64,000 nucleotides of DNA from Mobula hypostoma (Eukaryota). Position 1 is the stretch's first letter, and each line of letters begins with the position of its first letter. The notes beneath the pieces are model-generated. The model was not told the DNA's origin and searched no databases. It was given only the letters and a program-made list of their open reading frames with translations. Both the position numbers and the translations under genes were made by a program. Shown in pieces: positions 24,501-38,700 of the stretch. The stretch is taken from contig NC_086108.1 of NCBI RefSeq assembly GCF_963921235.1, positions 110,982,001 to 111,046,000 on the forward strand, written 5' to 3'.

Positions 24501-27500
24501 AAAGAAACAACAAAAAAATCAAGCAAAATAATAGTAAGTAAATATACAATAATTATCGAGAACATGAGATGAAGGGTCCTTGATAGTGAGTCCACAGGTT
24601 ATGGGAACAGTTCAGTGTTGGGGTGAGAGGTGAAGTTAACCCCTGGTTCAAGAACCAGATGGTTGAGAGGTAATAATTGTTCCTGAACCTGGTGTTGCGG
24701 GTCCTGAGGCTCCTGTACCTCCTTCCTGATGGCAGCAGTGAGAAGAGACCATGTCCTCGATGGTGGGGGTCCTTCTCAATACTTATTGCTTATTTATTTG
24801 TAATTAATTTTTCTTTATGTTTCTTTTTTATTTGCATAGTTTGTTGTTTTTTACACATTCATTGTTCGTCCGTCCTATATTGTCTTTCACTGATTCTATC
24901 ACATTTCTTGGATTGACTGTGAATGCCCACAAGAAAACAAATCTCAGGTTGTATATGGTGGCATATATGTATTTTGATTAAAAAAAAGTTTACTTTGAAC
25001 TTTTGTAGCTTTCCCTTCAAGGGCATTGGTGTTTGTAGACCGGGTCATGGCGCAACCAGTCAATATACTCTCCACTGCACATCTATAGAAGTTCGTCAAA
25101 GTTTTAGATGATATGCTGAAATTTTGCAAATTTCTAAGCAAGTAAAGGCGCTGCTGTGTTTTCTTTGTAATGGCCCTTACGTGCTGGATCCAGGACCTAG
25201 AGCCCAATAATTGAATAACTTGTGAAGATAAGCACGTAGCCCAAATGAGCTGTTTCTGTTCAATGTGGCCATCTGTAATTTCAAGCATTATCCATTTCAG
25301 AAAAAAGGAGGAATCTGCGGCCCCTGGATTCCAGACGACGGGGAGATTGTGACCCACACGGTGTCCCAAGCTGGAAAGATGTCCCAACGAAACTGGACCA
25401 CCAAGGTACAACTTCAGGTTCAAATTCAGTCACAAACAAGAGAGCATCTGCAGGTGCTGGAAATCTGAGCAACACTCACAAGATGCTGGAGGAACTCAGC
25501 AGGCCAGGCAGCATCTGTGGAAAAGAGTAAATGGTCGATGTTTCGGGCCGAGACCCTTCATCAGGAGAAGAGGAAAAGGATGGGGGGGAGGGGAGGAAGA
25601 AATACAAGGTAGGTGATAGGTAAAACTGGGAGGGGGGTGAAAGGTGAAGTCGATTGATGAAGGAGATAAATGGCTGGAGAAGGGGGAATCTGACAGGAGG
25701 ACATGGAAGAAAGGGGAAAGTGTGGTGTACCAGAGGGAGGTGATGGGCAGGTAAGGAGATAAGGTGAGAAAGGGAAATGGGAATGGGGCATAGTGAAACG
25801 GGAGCATTATTAGGGAGAGAGAGAGCCTGTGGTATGCCGAATACCGGGTGAACGGGTAGTCTGTGGGTACTGCAAGTCTGTGTCGTTATTGATGCTACAC
25901 TGCACGTTTGAATGCTCGGTGGGGGGTGCTGATGCTTTTTTGCTGGTGGGGGAGGGGTGGCTAAATACCTCTATAGGCAAAATATTTTTAAATCCACTAA
26001 TCTTCCACCATTGAGGAACAAAGGTTCCAAGTGGCACAGTAGCATAGTGCTTGGCAGACGCTTTTACAGTGCTGGCGACACTGCTGTCTATAAGGAGATT
26101 GTACGTTCTCCCTGTCACCACGTGGTTTTCCTGTGGGTGCTCTGGCATTCTTCCACATTCCAAGGGCATGCAGGTAGATTGGCCACTCCGTCCATTGGGT
26201 CAGGCCTGCCATCCGATCGTGGCTGATCTACGATCCCTCTCAGCCCATCCTCCTACCTTCTCCCTGTAACCGTTGAGGTGTATCTGGCTGGCTGGGCTGG
26301 AAGAGCCTGTTAGCGTGCTGTATCTCCAAATAAAAAAAAATAATTAAATACTTCATTGTTGGGTAGGGTAAGACAATCATTCAGAGTACCAGTCTCCTGT
26401 TAAATGAAAATAGCAGTGTCTTTATAAGACCATAAGACTTAGGAGCAGAATTAGGCCATTCGGCCCATCAGTCTTCTCCACAATTCCAACATGGCTGATT
26501 TATTATCCTTCTCAACCTCAGTCTCCTGCCTTCTCCTTGTAACTTTTGACTTCTTTTCCCCTTTCTTGGGTAGTAAGGTGGAGATACGTCTTTACCAAAG
26601 GAGGTATAAGGTGCTCCTTCCCTCTGCTCGACTAAAGGTCACCCTAGGGCAAGGTGTAGCACCTGCTTAGCCCCCTGATCAGGGTCACGTGAAGCCATGG
26701 GCGCAGGTGGTGGATGGTTGTACGAGCAGCCGGTGCACATCACAAGTCCTGGTTATGTGCTCACTGACACAAGCAGACAATCTCTGAAGAGTAATGATAA
26801 TGGCTGGTGTTACCCATCTTGTAAAGACACTTTCCAGAAGAAGGCAGTGGCAAATTACTTCTATAGAAAAATTTGCCCAGAAAAATCATGGTGGTGGATA
26901 AGACAGTGATCGCCCACGTCAAAATGAAATGGCACATAATGATGAAGATGACTAATCAAGAACCTATCATCCTTTGCTTTAAATATACTCAGTGACTTGG
27001 CTTCCGCAGTCATCTGTAGATTCTCTCCCCTCTGGCTAACGAAATCTCTCCACATCTCTGTTCTAAGCAGATGCCCCTCTATCCTGAGGCTGTGCCCTCT
27101 GGTCCTAAACTCACCCACCACAGAAAACATCCTCTCCACATCCACTCTAACTAGGACTTTCAATAGTTGATAGCTTTCAAATGAGATTCCCCCCCCCCAT
27201 CATTCTTCTAAACTGCAGGAAGTACAGACGCCTCCTATCTTAACCCTTTCATTCCCAGAATCATCCTCAAGAACATCTACTGAACCTTTTCCAATGCAAC
27301 ACATCCTTTCTTAGATAAGGAGCCCAAAACTTCTCATGATACTCCAAGTGCATTCTGACCAATGCCTTATAAAGCTTCATCATTACTTCCTTGCTTTTAT
27401 ATTCTAGTCCTCTCAAAATGAATGCCATTGCGTTTGCCTTCCTTATAGAAACATAGAAAACATAGAAAATAGGTGCAGGAGTAGGCTATTCGGCCCTTCG

Positions 27501-30500
27501 AGCCTGCACCGCCATTCAGTATGATCATGGCTGATCATCCAACTCAGAACCCTGTACCTGCCTTCTCTCCATACCCCCTGATCCCTTTAGCCACAAGGGC
27601 CATATCTAACTCCCTCTTAAATATAGCCAATGAACTGGCCTCAACTGTTTCCTGTGACAGGGAATTCCACAGATTCACCACTTTCTGTATGAAGAAGTTT
27701 TTCCTAATCTCGGTCCTAAAAGGCTTCCCCTTTATCCTCAAAACTGTGACCCCTCATTCTGGACTTCCACAACATCGGGAACAATCTTCCTGCATCTAGC
27801 CTATCCAATCCCTTTAGGATTTTATATGTTTCAATAAGATCCCCCCTCAATCTTCTAAATTCCAGCGAGTATAAGCCTAGTCGATCCAGTCTTTCATCAT
27901 ATGAAAGTCCTGCCATCCCAGGAATCAATCTGGTGAACCTTCTTTGTACTCCCTCTATGGCAAGAATGTCTTTCCTCAGATTAGGGGACCAAAACTGCAC
28001 ACAATACTCCAGGTGTGGTCTCACCAAGGCCTTCTACAACTGCAGTAGTACATCCCTGCTCCTGTACTCAAATCCTCTTGCTAGGAATGCCAGCATACCA
28101 TTCACCTTTTTCACTGCCTGCATGCCCACTTTCAATGACTGGTATATAATGCCACCCAGGTCTCGTTGCACCTCCCCTTTTCCTAATCAGCCACCATTCA
28201 GATAATAATCTGTTCTTCTATTTTTGCCACCAAAGTGGATAACCTCACATTTATCCACATTAAATTGCATCTGCCATGAATTTGCCCACTCACCTAACCT
28301 ATCCAAGTCACCCTGCATCCTCTTAGCATCCTCCTCACAGCTAACACTGCCGCCCAGCTTCATGTCATCCGCAAACCTGGAGATGCTGCATTTAATTCCC
28401 TCATCTAAGTCATTAATATATATTGTAAACAACTGGGGTCCCAGCACTGAGCCTTGCGGTACCCCACTAGTCACTGTCTGCCATTCTGAAAAGGTCCCGT
28501 TTATTCCCACTCTTTGCTTCCTGTCTGCCAACCAATTCTCTATCCACATCAATATCATACACCCAAAACCGTGTGCTTTAAGTTTGCACACTAATCTCCC
28601 GTGTGGGACCTTGTCAAAAGCCTTTTGAAAATCCAAATATACCACATCCACTGGTTCTCCCCTATCCACTCTATTAGTTACATCCTCAAAAAATTCTATG
28701 AGATTCGTCAGACATGATTTTCCTTTCACAAATCCATGCTGACTTTGTCCGATCATTTCACCGCTTTCCAAATGTGCTGTTATCACATCCTTGATAACTG
28801 ACTCCAGCAGTTTCCCCACCACCTACGTTAGGCTAACCGGTCTATAATTCCCCGGTTTCTCTCTCCCTCTTTTTTTAAAAAGTGGGGTTACATTAGCCAC
28901 CCTCCAATCTTCACGAACTAGTCCAGAATCTAAGGAGTTTTGAAAAATTATCACTAATGCATCTACTCTTTCTTGGGCTACTTCCTTAAGCACTCTGGGA
29001 TGCAGACCATCTGGCCCTGGGGATTTATCTGCCTTTAATCCCTTCAATTTACCTAAGACCACTTCCCTACTAACATGTATTTCCCTCAGTTCCTCCATCT
29101 CACTGGACCCTCTGTCCCCTACTATTTCTGGAAGATTATTTATGTCCTCCTTAGTGAAGACAGAACAAAAGTAGTTATTCAATTGGTCTGCCATGTCCTT
29201 GTTCCCCATGATCAATTCTCCTGTTTCTGACTGTAAGGGACCTACATTTGTCTTAACCAATCTTTTTCTTTTCACATATCTATAAAAGCTTTTACAGTCA
29301 GTTTTTATGTTCCCTGCCAGTTTTCTCTCATAATCTTTCTCCCCCTTCCTAATTAAGTCCTTTGTCCTCCTCTGCTGGACTCTGAATTTCTCCCAGTCCT
29401 CAGGTGAGCCGCTTTTTCTGGCTAATTTGTATGTTTTTTCTTTAGAATTGATACTATCCCTAATTTCCCTTGTCAACCACAGTTGCACTACCTTCCCTGG
29501 TTTATTCTTTTGCCAAACTGGGATGAACAATTGGTGCAGTTTATTCATGCGATCTTTAAATGCTTGCCATTGCATATCCACCGTCAACCCTTTAAGTATC
29601 ATTTGCCAGTCTATCTTAGCTAATTCACGTCTCATACCTTCAAAGTTACCCCTCTTTAATTTCAGAACCTTTGTTTCTGAATTAACTATGTCACTCACCA
29701 TCTTAATAAAGAATTCCACCATATTATGGTCACTCTTACCCAAGGGGCCGCTCACGACAAGATTGGTAATTAACCCTTCCTCATTGCTCAATACCCAGTC
29801 TAGAATGGCCTGCTCTCTAGTTGGTTCCTCGACATGTTGGTTCAGAAAACCATCCCGCATACATTCCAAGAAATCCTCTTCCTCAGCACCCTTACCAATT
29901 TGGTTCACCCAATCTATATGTAGATTGAAATCACCCTGATGCCACTGACTCATCACTGACTCAACCTGCAGGTTAATGATCTCTTTTAGCGAATCGCCAG
30001 AAGCGAGACTTTCTGCTTGTCTGACGGGTTTCCCATTTGCTTTCAGGTCGTGTTAGTCCACGTTGGAGTGACTTCACTAATAGCTCATGTTAAAGTGGGC
30101 AAAATGCATGCAGCCTTGGAGTCCAAGACAACGGTGCAAAGCGCACAAGGTATCAACTTATTCGTTGTTGTTGCAGACAGTTTCTTGTCTTCCTCATGTT
30201 TGAAAGCGGAATCACCATGTTTACTTAGCACCTTGGACAGAGACATAGAGTCATAGAGCACCAAAGCACAGAGGCCCTTTGGCCCATCTAGCATGTTACT
30301 CTGCTTAGTCTCATTGACCTGCATCCAGACCAGAGATCTCCTCACCCCTCACATTCGAGTTCTTATCCAAACTTCTCTTAAGTGTTGAAACTGAATCTGC
30401 ATCAGCCATTTGCATTGGCTGCTCATTCCACACTCCGAGTGAAGATGTTCCTCTTCAGGTTCCTCTCAAACATTTCACCTTTCACCCGTAATCCATGACC

Positions 30501-32674
30501 TCAAGTTCTAGTCTCTCCCAACCTCAGTGGAAAAACCCTGCCTATATTTACCCTTATAATTTTGTTACCTCTATCAAATCTCCCCTCATTCTCCTACACT
30601 CCAGGGAATAAAGTCCTAACCTTTTCAACCTTTCCCAATAACTCAAATCTCAAATCCCAGCAACATTCTTGTAAATTTACTCTTTCAACCTTATTGATTT
30701 TTCGTTTTAGGCATCCGTTAGTCTTGCGAGACCATGGATCTGCGCCTGGAAAGTCTTCACTCTCCAGGGCACAGGCCTGGGCAAGGTTGTATGGAAGACC
30801 AGCAGTTGCCCATGCTGCAAGTCTCCCCTCTCCACGACACCGATGTTGTCCAAGGGAAGGGCATTAGGACCCATACAGCTTGGCACCGGTTTCGTCGCAG
30901 AGCACTGTGTGATTAAGTGCCTTGCTCAAGGACACAACATGTTGCCTCGGCTGGGGCTCGAACTCACAACCTTCAGGTCGCTACTCCAATGCCTTAACCA
31001 CTTGGCCACGTGCCCACACTAACCTTATTGATATCTTTCCTGTATTTACCATAGGTGAACAGAACTGCACACAATACTCCAATATCTTATAAAACATCCC
31101 ATCTCCTGTTCTCAATACTTTGATCTATGAAGGCTAATGTGCCAGAAATTCTCCTGATGACCCTATCTACTTGAAATGCCACTTTCAATGAATAATGAAT
31201 CTCTATTTTCAGATCCCTCTGTTCTACCACAATCCTCAGTGTCCTTCTGTACCCTGTGTATGTCCTACCAAAGTGCAACACCTTATGCTTGTCAGCCCAT
31301 TTTTACAGCAGGACCACAACCCAATGCAAGCTTTCATAGTTTTCCTCACTATGCCCGGGATCTGAGGGGAACCGCTTCACTCAGAGAGCGGTGCGAGGGT
31401 GGAAGGAGCTGCTGGCAGAAGTGGTGGACTGCGGGTTCAATTGTAGCAGTGAAGAGAATTTGGGGAGGGGTATGGAGAGAGTTGATGGGGCTAGGCTGAA
31501 GATCAGTTTGCATGGGCTAGATGGGCTGAATGGTCTGTTTCTGTGCTGTAATTCTCTACGATTAATAATCTTAGGCCATTATATATTTTAATTAGAGTTT
31601 AAACTCCAATGTTCAGGAGCACTTTGCATTGTTAATAAGAGAGGATTGAAACTAAATGGTGTCCGGTGTAACAGCTCTGCTCTGTATGCTGTCTTGCCAC
31701 AGTCTGTGATGACGGAGTGTGCAACGAGGATGAGCGATGTGACACGTGTCCCGCTGACTGTGGATCGTGTCCCATGTCCGCACGAATCAAAGCTTCAATT
31801 GGACTTCCAATCGCCCTCCTGTGTACGGGGTTCATACTCACTCTGCTGGTAGGTGAAATAAATCGTGATTCACTGTAGGACAGCCACCGTAATAGAGCGG
31901 TTAGTATAATTGCTCCAGAGTGCCAGCAATCACCGATTCCGGTTCGATTCCCACCGTGTCTGTAGGAGAGTGTAAGTTCTTCCCATGACCAAGTAGGTTT
32001 CCTCTGGGTGCTCTGGTTTCCTCCCACATTCCAGAGACGTACAGGTTAGGGTCAATGAATTGTGATTAGTAAGTTGTAATATACTCCTAGCAATATCCCC
32101 ACTGAATCAATTTGATGCAAATGATGTATTTCACTGTATGGTTCAATGTTTCGATGTACATGTGACAAATAAATCTAATATTTGTAATCTTTATAATTTA
32201 TATAAACTTGATTAGTATCCTGCCGCTGTCTGTACATTCTCTCCGTGACCACGTGGGTTTCCTCCGGGTGCTCTGGTTTCCTCCCACAGTCCAAAGACGT
32301 ACCGGTTGGTAGGTTAATTGGTCATTGTAAATTGTCCCGTGATTAGGTTAGGGTTGTCGGGAGGCGTGGCTCGAAAGGCCGAATGAGGCTTTTTCGCACT
32401 GTATCTCAATAAATAAATAAATAAATAAACAAACAAACAAACAAATAAATAGTAAGCATGCTATGCTGGTGCCGGAAGTTTGGTGACACTTGTAGACCCC
32501 CTGCACATCCTCAGACTGCTGGTTGTTGGGGCAAAGACCGCATTTCACTGTGTGTTTCAATGTACATGTGACAAATAAAGCTTCTGTGCTTGGAAGTAAG
32601 CTGCCAAGTTACAAACTGAGTGTCGCCCAGACACATCGTCACTGGGATTTGCAATATTACAAAGCTGTACTCTA

Positions 32675-32716
<42 letters not shown>

Positions 32717-35700
32717 CATTGCTTCGTTAATTATTTTTAGGTATTTGTATATTACTGAGAGGACCATCATTTATTGCCCGTCCTTAAATGTCCCCAAGTC
32801 CCGATTGCAGCAGCATGCAGTGAGCATGGTCTGGACACTGGGGGTCCTTGATGATGGTTGCTGTTTCCCGCGACACCTCTCCTTGCAGGTGTGCTCGGTG
32901 GTGGGAAGGGCTTTAGTGAACCTCTTGCAGATGCCTTTACTCAATTCCAGTCTGACTCTAACGGAGTTTCTGTACTTGCAGTGGCTGCAGTACCAGAAGC
33001 AGAAGATGCTGTGGGACGAGAGCTGGATCATCAGTCTCAAGGAGATTAGCACAGGTACTTTTGTCTGCACGGAGGGTTTAGATAGAACTTTGAACAGTAT
33101 AGCATTGGCCTAGGCCCTTCGGCCCACAATGCTGTTCTGAACCAATTAAATTAGTCATCAATGACCAAATAGAGTTGACAGACAGTATCTTTTCCCCAGG
33201 GTTGAGATGTCTAATACCAGAGGGCATGCATTTAGGGTGAGAAGGGGCTATTTCCAAGGAGATGTGAGGGGCAGGTTTTCTACACAGAAAGTGGTGGTTG
33301 CCTAGAACACCCTGCCTGTTTGTTTGTCCACTCTCTCATTCTCACCACAAAATGTTCTTTGTGTCTTTTGATTCTCTACGAGACTATTCTGCAAAAAGAA
33401 AGGGTTAACATATGAAGAGCATTTAATGGCTTTGGGTCTGTACTCCTTGGGGTTTAGTACAATGAGGAATGATCTCATTGAAACCTATTGGCCTAGATGG
33501 AGTGGGCATGGAGAGGATGTTTCCTATGGTGGGGGAGTCGAGGACCAGAGGGCACAGCCTCAGAAAAGGGGGACGTCCCTTTAGAACAGAGATGAAGAGG
33601 GATTTCTTTAGCCGGGCAGTGGTGAATCTATGGAATTCATTGCCACAGATGGCTGCTTAGGCCAAGTTGTTGGGTATATCTAAAGTGGAAATTGATCGGT
33701 TCTTGATCATTAAGGTCATCAAAGTTTACAGGGGAAGAATGGGAGAATGGGGTTGAGAGGGGTAATAAATTAACCATGATGAAATAGCAGAGCAAATTCA
33801 ATGGGCCAAATAGCCTAATTCTGCTTCTCTGTCATGGTCTTATGTGAAAGACTCAGAGAGGGTGGAGAGGAGAACATAACTGTTCAAAGAAAGAGAGTCA
33901 AACGGTGGACTGCCCTACCATTCAGTAGGATTATAGCTAATCTTTAACCTCTAACCTTTAACATCAAGGCCACATTCCTGTGTTAACCGATCACCGAGAA
34001 TGAGCTTGAGAAGGAATATAAATCAGCCAAGATGGAAAAACAGAGCAGAGTTGATGGCCTTATTCTGCTCTGATGTCTTATGGTAATGGTCTTTTGTCAA
34101 GAGCTCACTGTACATTTTAGGCAGCGGTTTCCTGGTGGGATTCGGCAGCGTCGCAACAATCCATCATACTAATGGCATTTCGATCCCAAGTGAGGTGAAT
34201 GACGCTTCTACGAGTGGTTTTGCTACAAGCCCAGTTCACAAGGCGGGCTTCATACAGACTGGCATCTAGTAAGTCGCAGAGTTCTTAGTTTTATTGCATG
34301 CATGGTCCACAATATTCAAAGTTCTCATCTCGCTCTCTTCTCACTACTGCCATCCGGAAAGTAGGTACAGGAGCAGCACTACCGGGGTCAAGAACAGTTA
34401 TCACCCCTCAATCTTCAGGTTCTTGAACCAAGGGGGATAACTTCACTCAACTTCACTTGCCCCAGCATTGAATTGTTCCCACACCCTGTGGACTCACTTT
34501 GAAGGACTCTTTGAAGGGCCGAATGGCCTACTCCTGCACCTATTGTCTATTGTCTATTGTTCATCTCATGTTCTCGATCTCATTTATTGCTTATTTCTTC
34601 TTCTTATGGTTAGCTTTTTTTTCCTCTTTATTTTTGTATTTGCACAGTTTCCTGTTTCTTTACACATTGGTTGTTTGTCCATCCTGTTGGGTGCAGTCTT
34701 TCACTGATTCTCTCATGTTTCTTGGATTTATAGTGATTGCCTGATAGAAAATGAATCTTAGGGTTGTATATGGTAATATATAGGCATCCATTAGTCTCAC
34801 GAGACCATGGATTTGCGCCTTGGAAGGTTTCCAGGGCGCAGGCCTGGGCAAGGTTTTATGGAAGACCAGCAGTTGCCCATGCTGCAAGTCTCCCCTCTCC
34901 ATGCCACCGATGTTGTCCAAGGGAAGGGCATTAGGACCCAAACAGCTTGGCACCGGTGTCGTCGCAGAGCAATGTGTGGTTAAGTGCCTTGCTCAAGGAC
35001 ACACACGCTGCCTCAGCCAAGGCTCGAACTAGCGACCTTCAAATCACTAGACGAATGCCTTAACCACTTGGCCACGCGTGTATGTATATATATGTACTTT
35101 AATAATGAATTTACTTTCAACTTTGAACTTTATATATTGTAAACACTGGACAGTCAAGGTAAATTCATTATCAAATTAGATATATGTCACCATAAAATAT
35201 CTTCTTTTACTTAAGCCTATCACCCCTGCTGGGGCAGAGTCCGCTGACAGCCGCTCACCGGAGTCCTCTGTCCTGTGCCAATAGAAGGTTGATTGGCCCT
35301 GTGGCTTCTGTTTCCTCCATATGACTTCATACACCTTCTAAGTGGAGATCCTTTCTCTCCCAGGGATGAGGTCTATTTATTTAGCAACATAGTACAGAGT
35401 GGCCCTTCGAGCCACACCGACCAGCAGCCCAACAGCCTCGTGTGTGTTGCTTTAGTTTTCCAGCATCTGCAGGGTTTCTCATGTTTATGTCCTCTGGTGT
35501 TGGACGGTTCTACCCTGGAGAGAAAGATTCTGGTTGTCAAATCATTAGCACAGGAGAATCTGCAGATGCTGGAGGTTTAGAGCAACAGGCACAAAATGCT
35601 GGAGGAACTCAACGGGTCAGGCAGCATCTATGGAAATGAATAAACTGTTGAAGCTTCGGGCCAGGATGATGAATGGTCCTGATGAAAGGGTTCGGCCTGA

Positions 35701-38700
35701 ATCGTCGACTATCCAAAGAAAGGTTTTGCCAATTGGAAGGCTAAATGTGGATATTTATCACAGTTTCTGGGAAAAGCAGCTGTGAACAGTGAGTCCGTGA
35801 ACCCATGAACACTACATCACTAACTTGCTCTCTTTTGAACTATTTATTTATTTGATTTTTAGTATTTCATTTGGTAACTCAGTTTATTTTTATTACGTAT
35901 CACACTGTACTGCTGCTGCAAAACAACAAATTTCACGTGGTCTGTACACACCTGCTGTGTGGTGAAATAGAACATAGAACATAGAATAGTACAGCACAGT
36001 ACAGGCCCTTCGGCCCACAATGTTGTGCCGACCCTCAAACCCCCCAGTTTAAATTCCTCCATATACCTGTCTAGTAGTTTCTTAAACTTCACTAGTGTAT
36101 CTGCCTCCACCACTGACTCAGGCAGTGCATTCCACGCACCAACCACTCTCTGAGTAAAAAACCTTCCTCTAATATCCCCCTTGAACTTCCCACCCCTTAC
36201 CTTAAAGCCATGTCCTCTTGTATTGAGCAGTGGTGCCCTGTGGAACAGGTGCTGGCTATCGACTCTATCTATTCCTCTTATTATCTTGTACACCTCTATC
36301 ATGTCTCCTCTCATCCTCCTTCTCTCCAAAGTGTAAAGCCCTTCCTCCCTTAATCTCTGATCATAATGCATACTCTCTAAACCAGGCAGCATCCTGGTAA
36401 ATCTCCTCTAGGCACAACAGCGCCTCTTTCACCTCAGATGGTTGAAGAAATTTGGTATGAGTCCCCAAATCCTAAGGACTTTCTACAGGGGCACAACTGA
36501 GAGCATCCTGACTGGCTGCATCACTGCCTGGTATGGGAACTGTACCTCCCTTAATCGCAGGACTCTGCAGAGAGTGGTGCAGACAGCCCAGTGCATCTGT
36601 AGTTGTGAACTTCCCATGATCCAGGACATTTACAAAGACAGGTGTGAAAAAAGGGCCTGAAGGATCATTGGGGACCTGAGTCACCCCAACCACAATCTGT
36701 TCCAGCTGCTACCATCTGGGAAACGGTACCGCAGCATAAAAGCCAGGACCAACGGGCTCCAGGACAGCTTCTTCCACCAGGCCATCAGACTGATTAACTC
36801 ACGCTGATCTGAGTGTATTTCTATGTTACACTGACTGTTCTATTTATTGTGCTACAGCAGAAGACAATCACAAACACACACTCGTGGTCACTTTATTAGG
36901 AATGGCAGATTCCCAATAAAGTGGCCACTGAGCACATGTCAGTGACAATAAACCTGATTCTGATTCTGAGTGTCTCGATGTCCTTGTTCCCTTTTCTTTC
37001 AGTGACGGCCGGACGGTGGCCATCAAATGGATACAGAAGAAAACTTTTACTCTCTCAAAAACCATCAGACAAGAAGTGAAGCAAGTGAGGTACACACTCG
37101 TCTTTATGTATCAAGGACTTGTGTTGGCTAAATACAAAATCTACTCCCCACCTGTAAAAAAAACTTACCCCCTCCCACCTTAAAAGAATGCCCTCTAGTA
37201 TTAGACATAGGGCTAGATTGCCTACCCATTTTATGATCCTAAAACTTTGTTGTATTATATTTTATCTTATTTAGAGATACATCACAGAATGGGCCCTTGC
37301 GGCCCATCCAACAACCCATCTATTTAACCCCAGCCTAATCACAGGACCGTTTACAATGACCAATTAACCTACTAACCGGTACGTCTATAGACTGTGGGAG
37401 GAAACCAGAGCACCCGGAGGAAACCCACGTGCACATGGGAAGAACGTACAAGCTTTCTTACAGAGGATGCCGGAATTGAACTCCAAACTCTGAAGCCCTT
37501 GGGCTGTAACAGTGTCACGCTAACTGCTACACTGCCCCCACGGTCAGGCACTTCAGCAGGTCAGACAGCACCTTTGAGGAAAGGAAGCGAGTTAATTGTT
37601 CTTCAGAAGTTGGGCACTTTGCAAATGAAATGTTTCAGAGAAATGGGGGAAGGGCATGGCGAGAGCAAACGTGAAGTTTATTGAGAGAGTGGGTCCTGCA
37701 GGAGGTGGTCCCACGGGGAGAGGATGAAGGGACAGGGGTTGGTGAGTGACAGAGTGATGTATGGGAGGGATGACACCATGGGTAGGTGACAAGGCAGTGT
37801 AGCAGCTAATGTAACACTTTACGGTGCGAGTGATCAGACTTGCTGTGAGAAATTTGTACATTCTGCCCATGACTGTGTGTGTTTCCTCCGGGTGCTCCGG
37901 GATTCTTCCACATTCCAAAGACGTACAGTTTCAAAAGAGATGTGAGGGGCAAGTCTTTTACACAGAGAGTGGTGGGTGTCCGGAATGCACTTCCCGGGGT
38001 GGTGATAAAGGCAGATACACTAGAAACTTTTAAGGGACATTTATTTAGGCACACGATTGTGAGGAAACTGGAAGAATATGAACGTTGTGTAGGCAGGGAG
38101 GATTAGTTCAGGTGGCCATTTGATTACTAACTTAAATGGTTCAGCACAACATTGCGAGCGGAGGTCTGGTTCCTGTGCTGTTCTCTTCTAGGTTAGAGCT
38201 CGTGAGTCGTGGGCATGCTGTCTTGGTGCTGGCAGCATGGTGACACTTGCAGGCTGCCCCCAGCACAATCCTCGCACTGTGTTGGCTGTTGACTCAAACA
38301 ACATGTTTCACTGCATGCTTCAGTGTACTTGTGACAAATAAAGCAAACTCTGAAAATATTTAATCTTTACGTTTTTAAAATTTATTCATTTACTCCAGCT
38401 AAGCCAGCATTTATTGCCCATCCCTAGTTGCCCTTGAGAAGGTGGTGATGAGCTGCCTTCTTGAACTGCTGCAGTCCCCGAGGTGTAGGTACACCCGCAG
38501 TGCTGTTAAGGAGGGAATTCCATGATTTTGACCCAGCCACAATGAAGGAACAGTGAGTGAGGGGGAATTCCAAGTGGTGGTATTTTTTGTAAGTCTTAGG
38601 AGATGGATTATGTCAGGGATACCGAAGGGCAGAGCAGGTACAGCTGAATGTGTGAAACGAGGGACTGACTCTCTAAGAAAAAATGCACAGGCCACGAGAT

